From Thermoanaerobaculia bacterium (lineage in GTDB: Bacteria > Acidobacteriota > Thermoanaerobaculia > Gp7-AA8), in the NCBI GenBank assembly GCA_036375135.1, contig DASUSL010000242.1:6388-70387 (forward strand): a DNA stretch of 64,000 nt, given 5' to 3'. Positions 17,372 to 27,552 of this stretch are shown piece by piece. The translations under genes were made by a program, and so were the position numbers. The notes under the pieces are model-generated. The model had not been told where the DNA came from, ran no database searches, and saw only the letters and a list, made by a program, of their open reading frames with translations. Each line of letters opens with the position of its first letter. Within the stretch, counting starts at the first letter, position 1.

Positions 17372-17509
17372 GAGGCCTCCGGCGGGCCGACGCGGTCGGC
17401 AGCGCTGATTGAGGCACGTGCGGCCGCGAGAGCCGCGCGCAAGGCGACGGGCGTGCGGCCCGGCCAGGCCAACCAGCGCTGCCGGCCGTGCCGGCCCGCC
17501 GGAGGCCTC
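17372..17509. repeat. long inverted repeat between convergent genes
   Basis: GAGGCCTCCGGCGGGCCG (17372-17389) is perfectly complementary to CGGCCCGCCGGAGGCCTC (17492-17509), with a spacer of about 100 nt. Confidence 0.7.
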
Positions 17510-17525
17510 ATCGTCATCCTGGGAG

Positions 17526-19760
17526 TCAGCGCACCGCGCGGCGGCGGGGCCAGGGGAACAACCGCAGGAAGGCGCGCTCGGTCATGTGTGCGCTGGCGTC
17601 CGGGCGGACGTAGACGGCGGAGGGTGCCTTGCCCGTTGCCACGAGCGAGAGCTGGAACGGTACTTCCGCGAAGTAGCGATGTGCGGCCAGCGGGGTGCCT
17701 TCCGCGGACAGCTCGTGCACGTCCGTCGCGTGTGCGATCCACCAGCGTCCGTTGTCCCAGGTTGCGAAGTACTGCGACTGTACGGGGAGTCGTCCGTCCG
17801 TGCATGCGACCGTCACCGCCGGCGCGAGCGCCACGCCGGCGAACGAGAACCGCTGCGCGTCGGTGCAGACGCGCTGCTGCTCCGTGTGCACGGTCGCGAT
17901 CAGCACCTCGCCGTCGCGGGCGGCGGCAGAGTATCGGGCGCCGCGGGTCAGGACCACGCTGCCGGGGCGCGCCTGCGTGCCGTTCGTGTAACGGCGTCCG
18001 TGGATCTCCTCCACCTCGCGCCACAGCAGCAGCGTCTCCGCTCCGTGCGCGATCACCATCGGATCGTAGGCGCGGATGTACGGCGGCACCAGCTCCTCCG
18101 GTTTGCCGATCGTCGCGCCGACATGCGTCGTGTAGATCGTTTGCGTCGGACGCACATTGGTGGAGAGTGGCACGGTCGAGCGGCCGTGCCACGCCACGCG
18201 GAAGCCGTCCGCGTCCGCGCCGATGGCCACGCGATACGTATCCGGCTGCGACGTGCTCGAGTCGACGATCAGCGGCTCCGCGTCGATGGCGTTGCCCTGC
18301 GGGTCGAAGCGCTGCATGACGATGCGTTGCACGATCGCGTCGTGGTCCTGGTCGTAGAGCACTTCCACCCAGGCCGCGGCGAACGTGTCGCCGTTGCGCG
18401 CGAGAACGGGGCTCTGCGCGTCGTACGGCAGCGACGACAGCCGCCGCGGCGCACCGTTGCCCACGCGCAGCATCGCCGCGCCGCGCTGGTCACCCTCGCG
18501 CCACACCGCGAAGTTCGACAACACGCTCGGCGTCGCCTGCGGCGGCACGCTCGTGGCGAAGAGCCGCGGCTCCTGCGACGGAGAGGGCGTCGTGTCGCGC
18601 TCCCACGTGCGCACGTAGTAGTCGTAGTCGAACGGCGAATCGGCGCGGCCTCTGCGCGAGAGGAGCAGATTGTGCGTCGTGCCCGACCTGAGCTGCGGCC
18701 CGTACACGCCCATGTCGCGCGGGTGAAAGTACGGATCGAGCTTCGTGTCCGACGGCTGACCGTCGGCGATGCGCCACAGCCGGAGCTGCTGCAGCGTGGT
18801 CGAGTCCCACCACGAATGCGCGACCAGCCACGCGTCGCCGTCCCTCGCCAGCGAGGCCGTGCCGGCACGAGGCGAGCGCGCGGTGATGAGCGACTCCTTC
18901 TCGAGGAGCGCGTAGCGCGCGGTCGAGCCGTCGGCGCGGATGACGCGCAGCGCCAGCGTGCGCTCGTACCGGGACGACTGCAGCGGCGCGATCTCCTCGG
19001 TGAGCACCGCGTACTCACCGTTCGCGCAGGCGACCGTGCGCAGCGAATCCGTGATGGGGGCGCCGGAGATGCCGCGGTCGACGGTCATCGACTGCGGCGT
19101 GTCCCGTTTCGCCTCGCTGATGCGGTACCAGACCGTGCCGCGCTGGACGTTGCCGAGGATCAGCCACTCGTCGTCGCCGTACGGGACGACCGACTCGATC
19201 GCGCCGCCCGCGGGGAGCGGCGTCGGCTTGCGGCGCACGCCGTCCGCGCCGACGAACCAGACGATCGGACCTGTGCCGCCGTAGGTGATGTTCAGCGTTT
19301 CGCCGCGCGCGTTGCGCGTCGGCGTCACCACCGGCCAGTCGGGAAAGATGATGGTTTCCAGGCCGGTGACGCGCGCGCGGTCGAGGTCGAGCGTGCGCCG
19401 CTCCATGCGCCAGTCGAGCTTCGTCCAGTCGTTCGCCATCTCGGGGAAGCCGGTGGTCGTGATCCACACGGCCTGTCCGTCCTCGACGTGCAACTCCTCC
19501 CAGCGATACGACTCGTACGGCATCGACAGCAGCAGCACGCCGCCCGGGTCGAGCACCTCGCCCGCGGCGGTGATGCGCGTGCCGAAGTAGTGGTAGATGC
19601 CGCCGCTGAACATCTTGCTGAGCGTGAAGAAGCCGTCGCGGTGCGGCACGGTGACGACGAGCGTCCGCGCCGACGGCGCGGCATCGGACGGCGCGAGCGG
19701 AACATCCGCGGCAAACGCCGCGCACGACAGCGCCAGCGCGACGAGCAGGCGCCGGATCAT
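17526..19760 (-). CDS. secreted repeat protein (blades of about 50 aa), unknown function, paralog A
   Basis: Start chosen at MIRRLLVALALSCAAFA (ATGA overlap with the upstream gene). It has recurrent [AS]xxG-x3-hhhW motifs (ARNGDTFAAAW, ADADGFRVAW, AHGAETLLLW, ARDGDAWLVAH). Confidence 0.6.
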   Translation of the reverse strand: MIRRLLVALALSCAAFAADVPLAPSDAAPSARTLVVTVPHRDGFFTLSKMFSGGIYHYFGTRITAAGEVLDPGGVLLLSMPYESYRWEELHVEDGQAVWITTTGFPEMANDWTKLDWRMERRTLDLDRARVTGLETIIFPDWPVVTPTRNARGETLNITYGGTGPIVWFVGADGVRRKPTPLPAGGAIESVVPYGDDEWLILGNVQRGTVWYRISEAKRDTPQSMTVDRGISGAPITDSLRTVACANGEYAVLTEEIAPLQSSRYERTLALRVIRADGSTARYALLEKESLITARSPRAGTASLARDGDAWLVAHSWWDSTTLQQLRLWRIADGQPSDTKLDPYFHPRDMGVYGPQLRSGTTHNLLLSRRGRADSPFDYDYYVRTWERDTTPSPSQEPRLFATSVPPQATPSVLSNFAVWREGDQRGAAMLRVGNGAPRRLSSLPYDAQSPVLARNGDTFAAAWVEVLYDQDHDAIVQRIVMQRFDPQGNAIDAEPLIVDSSTSQPDTYRVAIGADADGFRVAWHGRSTVPLSTNVRPTQTIYTTHVGATIGKPEELVPPYIRAYDPMVIAHGAETLLLWREVEEIHGRRYTNGTQARPGSVVLTRGARYSAAARDGEVLIATVHTEQQRVCTDAQRFSFAGVALAPAVTVACTDGRLPVQSQYFATWDNGRWWIAHATDVHELSAEGTPLAAHRYFAEVPFQLSLVATGKAPSAVYVRPDASAHMTERAFLRLFPWPRRRAVR

Positions 19761-21847
19761 GGCAAGCCTCCATGACGGACCGCGCGCGGTTTGCGTGGCC
19801 CGGGATCGAGCGTGATGGGACGCAGGAAAACGCGGCGCACGCCGTTGTACGGCTCCTCGGCGACGACGCGGTCGTAGAAAACGAAGAGGCGGCCGCGCAA
19901 CGTCGCGGCGCCGGCGAGCAGCGGCTCCGTGCCTTGCGGCGCGACATCGAACGCGTTGCCGATGAGGGTGCCGTTCGCGGAGACGCGCACGGCGCGCGCG
20001 CCGTCGGCGAACCGCACGTGCCAGAGCAGCGTGTACGCGCCGTCGCTCCAGGTCGCGCTCAGTCCCGTGAACCAGCGGTTGATGCCTGAGTCGCAGACGA
20101 TCGTGCGCGGCGCACCGTTCGGGAACGGCATGCCGCGGACACACGTCCCTTCGATCCAGAACAGCAGCGTGCCCGGACCGTCGCCCGCGACCGAGAGTGC
20201 CTCGGACGCGTCAGCGGTGCGGTGGGTGAGGAGAGTCCATCCGCCAATCGGCTCGCCCGTGCGCGAGACGGCCGCGACGCGATACTCGAACGGAATGCCT
20301 TCCGACCAGGCGATGACGTACGCATTGCCGGTCCAGGCCACGGTTTTCTCGCCGAGGCTCGTGATCTGCGCGAAGTCGACCGCCGCGCCGATGCGACCTT
20401 CGGCGGAGACCGTCGCGCCGCGGATCTTTCCGCCGCCCGTCCAGATGACGAAAAAGTCCGTGCCGTCCGTGGCCACCTGCGGCACACCGGCGAATTCGTT
20501 GGCGATGACGAGCGGCTCGCGGTCGAGGAGCTCGCCGTTGGCGCGCACGCGCCGGCCGAATAAACGCGCCGGCAGACCCGCGGTCCAGACGACCAGAAAC
20601 AGGTCGCCGGCCGCGGCGGCCGCACTTCCGTAGCGATCGCGCTCGGGGCCGGAAAGCTCGAGCTGCGTGAGCGAGCCGTCCGGATGATGCAGCGCGCCGC
20701 GCAGGCGCTGCTCTTCCAGCCACACCGCAAGCACCGCATCGTTCGTCGCGGCGATCGCCTGCGCCGACTGTCCCGTGCCGCCGCGCGTGAGCAGCGTGCC
20801 GTCACGCAACGTGTACGTGGCGAAGGCTCCCGCCGCGCGCGCGGTGATGACGCGGTCGAAGCCATTCCGTCGCTCGTCGGCGATCAACACCGCCTCGCGG
20901 CCGTTGAACGCCGAGACGAATCCGTTCCCGTATCCGGCCACGACGAACGGCGCCTGCGTCTGCGCGAGTCCCGAAGTGTCGATGCGGATGCCGACCATCT
21001 TCGCGCCGTCGAAACCATCGTTGTCCTTCGTCCAGCTCAGGAGAAACTCGCGGCCGTCCCAGGCGAGATCGGGCGGGCGGAGGTCGCCGACGGACTGGGT
21101 GTGCTTCGCGGGCTCGCGGACGAGTTGTCCCTCCGCGTTGACGACCGCGTACATCGGACGATTGCGCTCGAGCCAGGCCAGCAGCAGATGTTGCTGTCCG
21201 GCGATGACGGAGACGTATTGAGGGATTCCCGAGTAGATCGTCAGCGGCGCACCGAGTCCGTCCGGCGTGAGCGGGATCAGCTCGATCTCGAGCTCCATCG
21301 TCACGACCCAGTACCGCCCGTCGATGGCGATCACGCGCTGCGCGCTTTCGGGCAGTTGCACCTCCGCCAGCCGCTCGCCGCTGCGATCGAGAAAGAGCGC
21401 CGAGTCTTCGAGTAGCGCGCAGTACGTCGTGCCGTTCGAGGCGAGGTCGCGGATGCGTCCTTCGCCGGGCGACGTGCGGTGCGTGACGCGTCCCTCCGCG
21501 ATGCGCGCCGTCTGCAGCGTGGGCGGGCTGTCGCTGTAGACGGCCAGGTAGGCTTCGCCGTCGGAGGCGAGCGCCATGCCGTACGCTGCGCCATCGGCGA
21601 CGACGAAGCCGTGCGGATCGATCGGCACCTCGCCGCGCAGGCGCATGGCGCGCAGCGGGACCGTCGGCCAGCCGCGCAGATCGGCCCACATCGCCAGCGT
21701 GTCGCGCCCGTTCGAGGCGACGAGTGGTCCCGCGCCCGCGACGGGAACCTCGCGTGTCACCGGATCGAGCGCGATCTCGGAATGCAGCGTCGCCGCCGCG
21801 AGTGGCCAGGCGGCGACGACCAAAAGCGCGGCGATCAGCCCGCGCAT
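19757..21847 (-). CDS. secreted repeat protein (blades of about 50 aa), unknown function, paralog B
   Basis: It has a signal peptide and about 13 repeats (ASNGRDTLAMW, ASDGEAYLAVY, ATNDAVLAVW, ATDGTDFFVIW, AWTGNAYVIAW, TWSDGAYTLLW). Confidence 0.6.
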   Translation of the reverse strand: MRGLIAALLVVAAWPLAAATLHSEIALDPVTREVPVAGAGPLVASNGRDTLAMWADLRGWPTVPLRAMRLRGEVPIDPHGFVVADGAAYGMALASDGEAYLAVYSDSPPTLQTARIAEGRVTHRTSPGEGRIRDLASNGTTYCALLEDSALFLDRSGERLAEVQLPESAQRVIAIDGRYWVVTMELEIELIPLTPDGLGAPLTIYSGIPQYVSVIAGQQHLLLAWLERNRPMYAVVNAEGQLVREPAKHTQSVGDLRPPDLAWDGREFLLSWTKDNDGFDGAKMVGIRIDTSGLAQTQAPFVVAGYGNGFVSAFNGREAVLIADERRNGFDRVITARAAGAFATYTLRDGTLLTRGGTGQSAQAIAATNDAVLAVWLEEQRLRGALHHPDGSLTQLELSGPERDRYGSAAAAAGDLFLVVWTAGLPARLFGRRVRANGELLDREPLVIANEFAGVPQVATDGTDFFVIWTGGGKIRGATVSAEGRIGAAVDFAQITSLGEKTVAWTGNAYVIAWSEGIPFEYRVAAVSRTGEPIGGWTLLTHRTADASEALSVAGDGPGTLLFWIEGTCVRGMPFPNGAPRTIVCDSGINRWFTGLSATWSDGAYTLLWHVRFADGARAVRVSANGTLIGNAFDVAPQGTEPLLAGAATLRGRLFVFYDRVVAEEPYNGVRRVFLRPITLDPGPRKPRAVRHGGLP

Positions 21848-21850
21848 GCG

Positions 21851-23704
21851 CTACGTCTTCGCGACTTTGCGCCGCTTGGCGTGCAGGCGGTCGATCAGCT
21901 TCGTGGCGGAGCGCACCTGCTCGAGGATCTTCTCCTCCAGGCCCGCGCCCTTGGTCTTGAAGCTCTTCGCGCGGCGGAACACCTGGCGCGCGCGATCCTT
22001 CTCGCCGTTCTCCAGGAGCGCCATGCCGAGGTGCATGAGGTTCGTCGCGGTCGGACCGATGTCCGCCGACTTGGTCAGGAAATCGACGGCGCTCTTGAAG
22101 TCGCGGCGCTTGAAGTAGACCCACCCCAATGCGGCCAGCGGGAACTGCTTCAGCTCCTTCGGCGAGTAGCGGAGCGCCAGCTGCGCGCTCTCCAGCGCCT
22201 CGTCGAGGTTCTCCTCCATCTCCGCGAGGTTGTACGCCTTCTCGTAGTAGGCGATCGACTTCGCGTAGTTCGAGGTGTAGTCGCGGAGCATGTCTTCGAG
22301 GACGCCGTTCGCTTCCTTAAAGTTCCCCTCCGCGCGCAGTGCCTCCGACAGCGTGGTGTACGCGGCCGCGGCCACGACCTCGGCCGGCCGGTGCTTGAGG
22401 ATCCGCCGCGCCACCGCGATGGCCTCGGAGTTCATGTCGAGGTGCGAGCAGAGCAGCGCGTACGGCAGCAGCACGTTCACGTTGTCCGGCTCTTCCTGCG
22501 CGGCCTTGCGGTAATGGTCGAGCGCCTCGACGTACTTGCCGTCGGTGGCCAGCGTCTCCGCCTCGGTCATGGCCTGCGCGGCCGGACCTTCGACGGGGAT
22601 GTGACCGGAGACGCCCTCGTAGATCTTGACCGCCTGCTGGTACTCCATCTTGTTCGGATTGAGCTCCAGCGCTTCCTGGAAGCACTCGATGGCCTTGCGG
22701 TTCCAGTTGCGGTCGAGATAGCAGAGTCCGAGGTGGTAGATCGCCTCTTCGTAATCGGGATCGAGCTTCAGCGCGGCCTGGAACGAGCGGATGGAGCGCT
22801 CGAGCTGACCCTTCTCGTAGAAGATCGTGCCGAGGAGGTAGTAGGCCTGCGGGATGGCCTCGAGCTGGATGGCCTTCTCGAGGAACTTCTGCGCGCGCAG
22901 CAGCTTTCCTTTGCGCGCGTAGATCGCGCCGAGGGAAAAGTACGGGAGGAACGACTCCTGCGAGATCTGGATGGCGCGGCGCAGCCAGCGCTCCGCGCCC
23001 TTGAGGTCCTGCCGCTCGTGCAGCAGCACGCCGTAGAAGACCGCGGCGTCGAAGTGATCGGGCTGCACTTCGAGCGTGCGCTCGAGGTAGGCCTTGGCGC
23101 GGTCGATGTTGCCGTCGTTGAAGAGCATCTCGCCGAGGAAGAACGAGAGCTCGTAGTTGTCGCGGTCGAGGCGGAAGGCCTCTTCGAGATGCTTCATGCC
23201 GCGCTCGGGATCGAACCCGTCGAACGCGGCCTCGGCGTCGGCGACCAGCAGCAGGAAGCGCTCGCGTTTCTCACCGCGGAAGAGCGAGACCATGCGGTCC
23301 TTGCGCTCCGTGAAGCGCTGCTTCTTCTCCAGCGCGAGCATCTGCTCGCCCATCTTCGATTCCCACAGCTCGACGACTTCGTCGGACGTGAGGACGTTCT
23401 TCTTCTCGAGGATCTCCTTGACCGAGAGCAGGCCGGTCTGGTTGATGAAGATCGCGCGCTCGTGCTTCTGCACGGCGTCGACGAGGGAGCGGATCGTCTC
23501 GGCGGAGCGCTTCACGATCTCTTCGATCGCGGAGACGCGCTCGAGCAGATGCTCGTCGAGCGAGAGGTCTTCCTCTTCTTCGTATTCCTCGAGGTCGTCC
23601 TCTTCGAACGAGCTCACCCCGGAAAGTACGAGCAGTTTGTTCTGGCAGCGATAGCAGAACTCACGCTCGTCGTCGTTGTACGCGCTGCAGGTCTGACAAA
23701 GCAT
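21851..23704 (-). CDS. zinc-ribbon + TPR-repeat protein
   Basis: The N-terminus is CQTC...CYRC, followed by more than 10 TPR-like repeats (AxxxYxxAL). Its stop is 3 nt from the start of the downstream repeat-protein gene. Confidence 0.8.
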   Translation of the reverse strand: MLCQTCSAYNDDEREFCYRCQNKLLVLSGVSSFEEDDLEEYEEEEDLSLDEHLLERVSAIEEIVKRSAETIRSLVDAVQKHERAIFINQTGLLSVKEILEKKNVLTSDEVVELWESKMGEQMLALEKKQRFTERKDRMVSLFRGEKRERFLLLVADAEAAFDGFDPERGMKHLEEAFRLDRDNYELSFFLGEMLFNDGNIDRAKAYLERTLEVQPDHFDAAVFYGVLLHERQDLKGAERWLRRAIQISQESFLPYFSLGAIYARKGKLLRAQKFLEKAIQLEAIPQAYYLLGTIFYEKGQLERSIRSFQAALKLDPDYEEAIYHLGLCYLDRNWNRKAIECFQEALELNPNKMEYQQAVKIYEGVSGHIPVEGPAAQAMTEAETLATDGKYVEALDHYRKAAQEEPDNVNVLLPYALLCSHLDMNSEAIAVARRILKHRPAEVVAAAAYTTLSEALRAEGNFKEANGVLEDMLRDYTSNYAKSIAYYEKAYNLAEMEENLDEALESAQLALRYSPKELKQFPLAALGWVYFKRRDFKSAVDFLTKSADIGPTATNLMHLGMALLENGEKDRARQVFRRAKSFKTKGAGLEEKILEQVRSATKLIDRLHAKRRKVAKT

Positions 23705-23741
23705 GGTGGTGTCGGCGGATTAGAACACGTTTCTTATTTGC

Positions 23742-24593
<852 letters not shown>

Positions 24594-24638
24594 AGCCGGC
24601 GGACTGTATCGTAAGATCGTCGACCCCGGAGCGTCGGA

Positions 24639-25856
24639 ATGGCCAGGAAATGCTTCATGTGCGGTCGCGAAGTCGGAGAGGGCATCCTCTGCGAGAAGTG
24701 CGACAAGCCGCGAAAGAAGAGTGGAGGACAGGCAATCCTGCCTGTCCAGCCGGAGGCCTCCGGACAGGCGGGACAGGCAGGGCAGCCAGGCCAGGCAGGA
24801 TTGCCTGTCGTCCACCAGGGCGCCACCGCGCCTGAGCTCGATCCGTTTCCCAAAGCCCCGATCCTCCCGTTCCCCGTCGAATCCGCATCGCCCGCCGTCA
24901 CCAGCGTCGTCAATCTGCTCGTCGCCAGTGGCGTCGCTTCGGTGCTCCTCGGTCCCGACCGTACGGTGAAGTTCGTCTCCGATGACGCGAAGAAGCTCTT
25001 CGACGCCACGGCCGCCGAGCTCTCGCAACTCTCCACGATCGAGACGAAGGCGGGCATCCGCGTCAGCGATCTCTCCGTGCCGGCCACGGCCGGCGTGCAC
25101 ATCGGCGGACGCAACTTCATCTACACGCTCGTGCCGATGTCGGGCGGCGCCACCGGCGCCGTGCTCGTCTTCCGCCACGCCGATCCGATGAACGAGGCGC
25201 ACGCCTCCTTCGTCACGTACGTGCGCGAGACGGTGTTCGGACCGCTGCGCGCGCTGCGCGACTCGCTGCACGCCGCCTCGCATCAGCACAACGACGCCAT
25301 GCTCATCGACGCCGCGGCGACGCTCGAACAGGTGCTGTCGTCGCTGGAGCTCGCGCCGGAAGTGGAAGAGGCGTCGTACGTCGCGCGGCCGGTGCCGACG
25401 GTGACGGAAGTGGTCCGCCGCGTGGCCGAGCGCTTCCGCGCGCACGCCGACCTGAAAGGCATCCGCCTCGACGTCGACGTGCAGGAGCTCGGCGAGCGCT
25501 TCAGCGATCACGAGCAGCTCGCCGAGGCGCTGACCATTCTCATGGAGAACGCGCTGCACTACGTGCCGCCGAGCGGACAGGTCGTCATCGGCGTGCGCTG
25601 GATGGAGCACAAGGGGAAGCCGCTGCTGCTGTTCTTCGTCATGGACAACGGCGCGGTGGTGCCGGAAGAGCTGCGCCAGAAGATCTTCGAGCCGTCGTTC
25701 GTCTGGAACCCCGCGTCGCCGGAACGGACCGGCCGCGGACTGTTCAAATGCCGCGAATTCGCGGTCGCACACGCCGGTTCCGTCTGGGCGGAATCGAAGA
25801 CCGGCAAGGCCTGTACGTTCTTCCTGCGCGTGCGGCCGGACGGCGTCCTCCCATGA
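24639..25856 (+). CDS. zinc-ribbon + histidine-kinase-like ATPase protein (H-box His not evident)
   Basis: It has CFMC...CEKC, then N-box ENALHY, G1 DNG, F-box IFEPSF and G2 GRGL. The H-box position reads [10 protein letters not shown], with Arg where His is expected. Confidence 0.7.
   Translation: MARKCFMCGREVGEGILCEKCDKPRKKSGGQAILPVQPEASGQAGQAGQPGQAGLPVVHQGATAPELDPFPKAPILPFPVESASPAVTSVVNLLVASGVASVLLGPDRTVKFVSDDAKKLFDATAAELSQLSTIETKAGIRVSDLSVPATAGVHIGGRNFIYTLVPMSGGATGAVLVFRHADPMNEAHASFVTYVRETVFGPLRALRDSLHAASHQHNDAMLIDAAATLEQVLSSLELAPEVEEASYVARPVPTVTEVVRRVAERFRAHADLKGIRLDVDVQELGERFSDHEQLAEALTILMENALHYVPPSGQVVIGVRWMEHKGKPLLLFFVMDNGAVVPEELRQKIFEPSFVWNPASPERTGRGLFKCREFAVAHAGSVWAESKTGKACTFFLRVRPDGVLP
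24721..24826. repeat. family-B MITE-like element inside a CDS
   Basis: The terminal inverted repeats are GTGGAGGACAGGCAATCCTGCCTGTCC ... GGCAGGATTGCCTGTCGTCCAC. A second copy is at 47760-47826. Confidence 0.8.
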
Positions 25857-26329
25857 AACGCCTGCTCCTGATCCTCCTCTTCAGCACTCGTGCGCTCGCC
25901 GGCGACAACGAGATCAACGCCGCGAACGTGACGGCGCTGATGAACGAGTGGCGCGCCGAAGCCGGCCTCGGCCCGTTGCGCCTCGACGCGAAGCTCACCA
26001 AAGCCGCCGAGTCGCGCATGCAGGACATGATCGACGGCGCGTGGTGGAGCCACGCGTCGCCGGACGGCACGCCGCCGTTCGTCTGGATCACCGCCGCGGA
26101 CTACAACTACGTCGCCGCCGCGGAGAACCTCGCCGCCGGATTCGAGACGGCGCGCCTGCTGGTCGAGTCGTGGATGGAGTCCAACGGTCACCGCGCGAAC
26201 ATCATGAATCCGATGTACGCCGACTGCGGCATCGCCGTGATCGAAGGACGCACCGACCGCCGCGGCGAAGGAAAGTCGATCGTGGTGCTGTTCGGGCGCC
26301 CTGCGGTCCAGCAAGTCACGAAAAAGTGA
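25853..26329 (+). CDS. secreted CAP/SCP (PR-1-like, YkwD-type) domain protein
   Basis: Internal ATG of ORF 25748..26329, with an ATGA overlap with the upstream gene. It has a signal peptide and the motif [23 protein letters not shown]. Confidence 0.8.
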   Translation: MKRLLLILLFSTRALAGDNEINAANVTALMNEWRAEAGLGPLRLDAKLTKAAESRMQDMIDGAWWSHASPDGTPPFVWITAADYNYVAAAENLAAGFETARLLVESWMESNGHRANIMNPMYADCGIAVIEGRTDRRGEGKSIVVLFGRPAVQQVTKK

Positions 26330-26334
26330 CCCGA

Positions 26335-26385
26335 ACGTAGGGCAGGCTTCAGCCTGCCCAGGACAGGCTGAAGCCTGTCCTACGT
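26335..26385. repeat. family-A composite element (outer stem ACGTAGG/CCTACGT enclosing two hairpins)
   Basis: ACGTAGGGCAGGCTTCAGCCTGCCCAGGACAGGCTGAAGCCTGTCCTACGT. It differs by one base (an indel) from 32576-32625 and sits between convergent genes. Confidence 0.85.
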
Positions 26386-27476
26386 CAAGCGACCCGGATC
26401 GAGGGATCGACCTCCCGCGCCCAGCGCTGCATCCCGCCTACGAGATTCTTCACCTTCGTGTAGCCCTGCGCGCCGAGGAGGTGCTGCTGCACGTGGCCGC
26501 TGCGGCCGCCGGAGCGGCAGATCATCACCACCTCTTTGTCCTTGGGGATCTCGGCCAGGCGCTGCGGCACCTGGTTCATCGGGATGTGCACCGCCCCTTT
26601 GATGTGGCCGGCGCTCCATTCGTACGGCTCGCGCACGTCGATGAGGACGACGTCCTCGCCGCCGGCGAGCTTCTGCTGCAGTTCAGTGGGAGTGATGTCG
26701 GTCTGGTTCACGGGATTGCAGAACTCCTCGTAGTCGATCAGTTTCGTGATGGCCGCGTGCTCTTCGCAGCGGCGTTTCAGTTTCATGGTGCGGAACGTCA
26801 TGCTCAGCGCGTCGAAGAGCAGCAGCCGCCCCGCCAGCGTCTCGCCGATGCCGGTCAGCAGCTTGATGGCCTCCGTCGCCTGCAGCGTGCCAACGACGCC
26901 CGGCAGCACGCCGAGAACGCCCCCTTCCGCGCATGAGGGCACGGTGCCGGGCGGCGGCGGCTCGGGGTAGACGCAGCGGTAGCACGGGCCGGTTTCCGTG
27001 GCGAAGACGGAGACCTGTCCGTCGAAGCGGAACACGGAGCCGTAGACGTTCGGCCTGCCGGTGAGCTTGCACGCGTCGTTCACGAGATAGCGCGTGGCGA
27101 AGTTGTCCGTGCCGTCGAGGACGACGTCGTATTTTGCGAACAACTCCAGCGCGTTCTCCGACGACAGGCGCATCGGATGCAGCTCGATCGCGACCTCGGG
27201 ATTGAGATCGCGCAGACGCGCGCCGGCAGCGTCGAGCTTCTCGCGGCCGACGTCCGAGGTGGCGTAGAGGATCTGGCGGTGCAGGTTCGTCTCGTCGACG
27301 CGGTCGAAGTCGACGAGGCCGATGCGTCCCACGCCCGCGGCCGCGAGATACGTCGCGGCGGGAGAGCCGAGGCCGCCCGCGCCGATGACCAGCACCGAGC
27401 CGCGGGCGAGCTTCTCCTGGCCGGCGGTGCCGAGCTCGGGGAGCGTGGTCTGGCGTTGGTAGCGACGGAGGCTCAT
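26385..27476 (-). CDS. moeB: MoeB/ThiF-family adenylyltransferase with C-terminal rhodanese domain
   Basis: Internal ATG of ORF 26385..27602. It has GAGGLGSP, the CxxC pairs CYRC...SCAEGG, and the rhodanese motif CRSGGRS. Confidence 0.88.
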   Translation of the reverse strand: MSLRRYQRQTTLPELGTAGQEKLARGSVLVIGAGGLGSPAATYLAAAGVGRIGLVDFDRVDETNLHRQILYATSDVGREKLDAAGARLRDLNPEVAIELHPMRLSSENALELFAKYDVVLDGTDNFATRYLVNDACKLTGRPNVYGSVFRFDGQVSVFATETGPCYRCVYPEPPPPGTVPSCAEGGVLGVLPGVVGTLQATEAIKLLTGIGETLAGRLLLFDALSMTFRTMKLKRRCEEHAAITKLIDYEEFCNPVNQTDITPTELQQKLAGGEDVVLIDVREPYEWSAGHIKGAVHIPMNQVPQRLAEIPKDKEVVMICRSGGRSGHVQQHLLGAQGYTKVKNLVGGMQRWAREVDPSIRVA

Positions 27477-27478
27477 CA

Positions 27479-27550
27479 GCTCAAAGGACCAAAGGCTCAA
27501 AGTCTCAAAGGCGCTCGGTTCTTCTTTGAGCCTCTGCGCCTTTGAGCCTT
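27479..27550. repeat. hairpin built from tandem octamers (CTCAAAGG / CCTTTGAG)
   Basis: GCTCAAAGG ACCAAAGG CTCAAAGT CTCAAAGG ... TTTGAGCC TCTGCGCC TTTGAGCC. It fills the whole gap between the yqeY stop and the moeB start. Confidence 0.7.
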
Positions 27551-27552
27551 CC

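Noticed and set aside
17409-19775. 788-aa plus-strand ORF opposite repeat protein A (and the similar ORFs 17314..18192, 19015..19947 and 20802..22124)
   Set aside because: These are low-complexity Arg-rich translations that overlap genes with signal peptides and periodic repeats on the other strand or frame.
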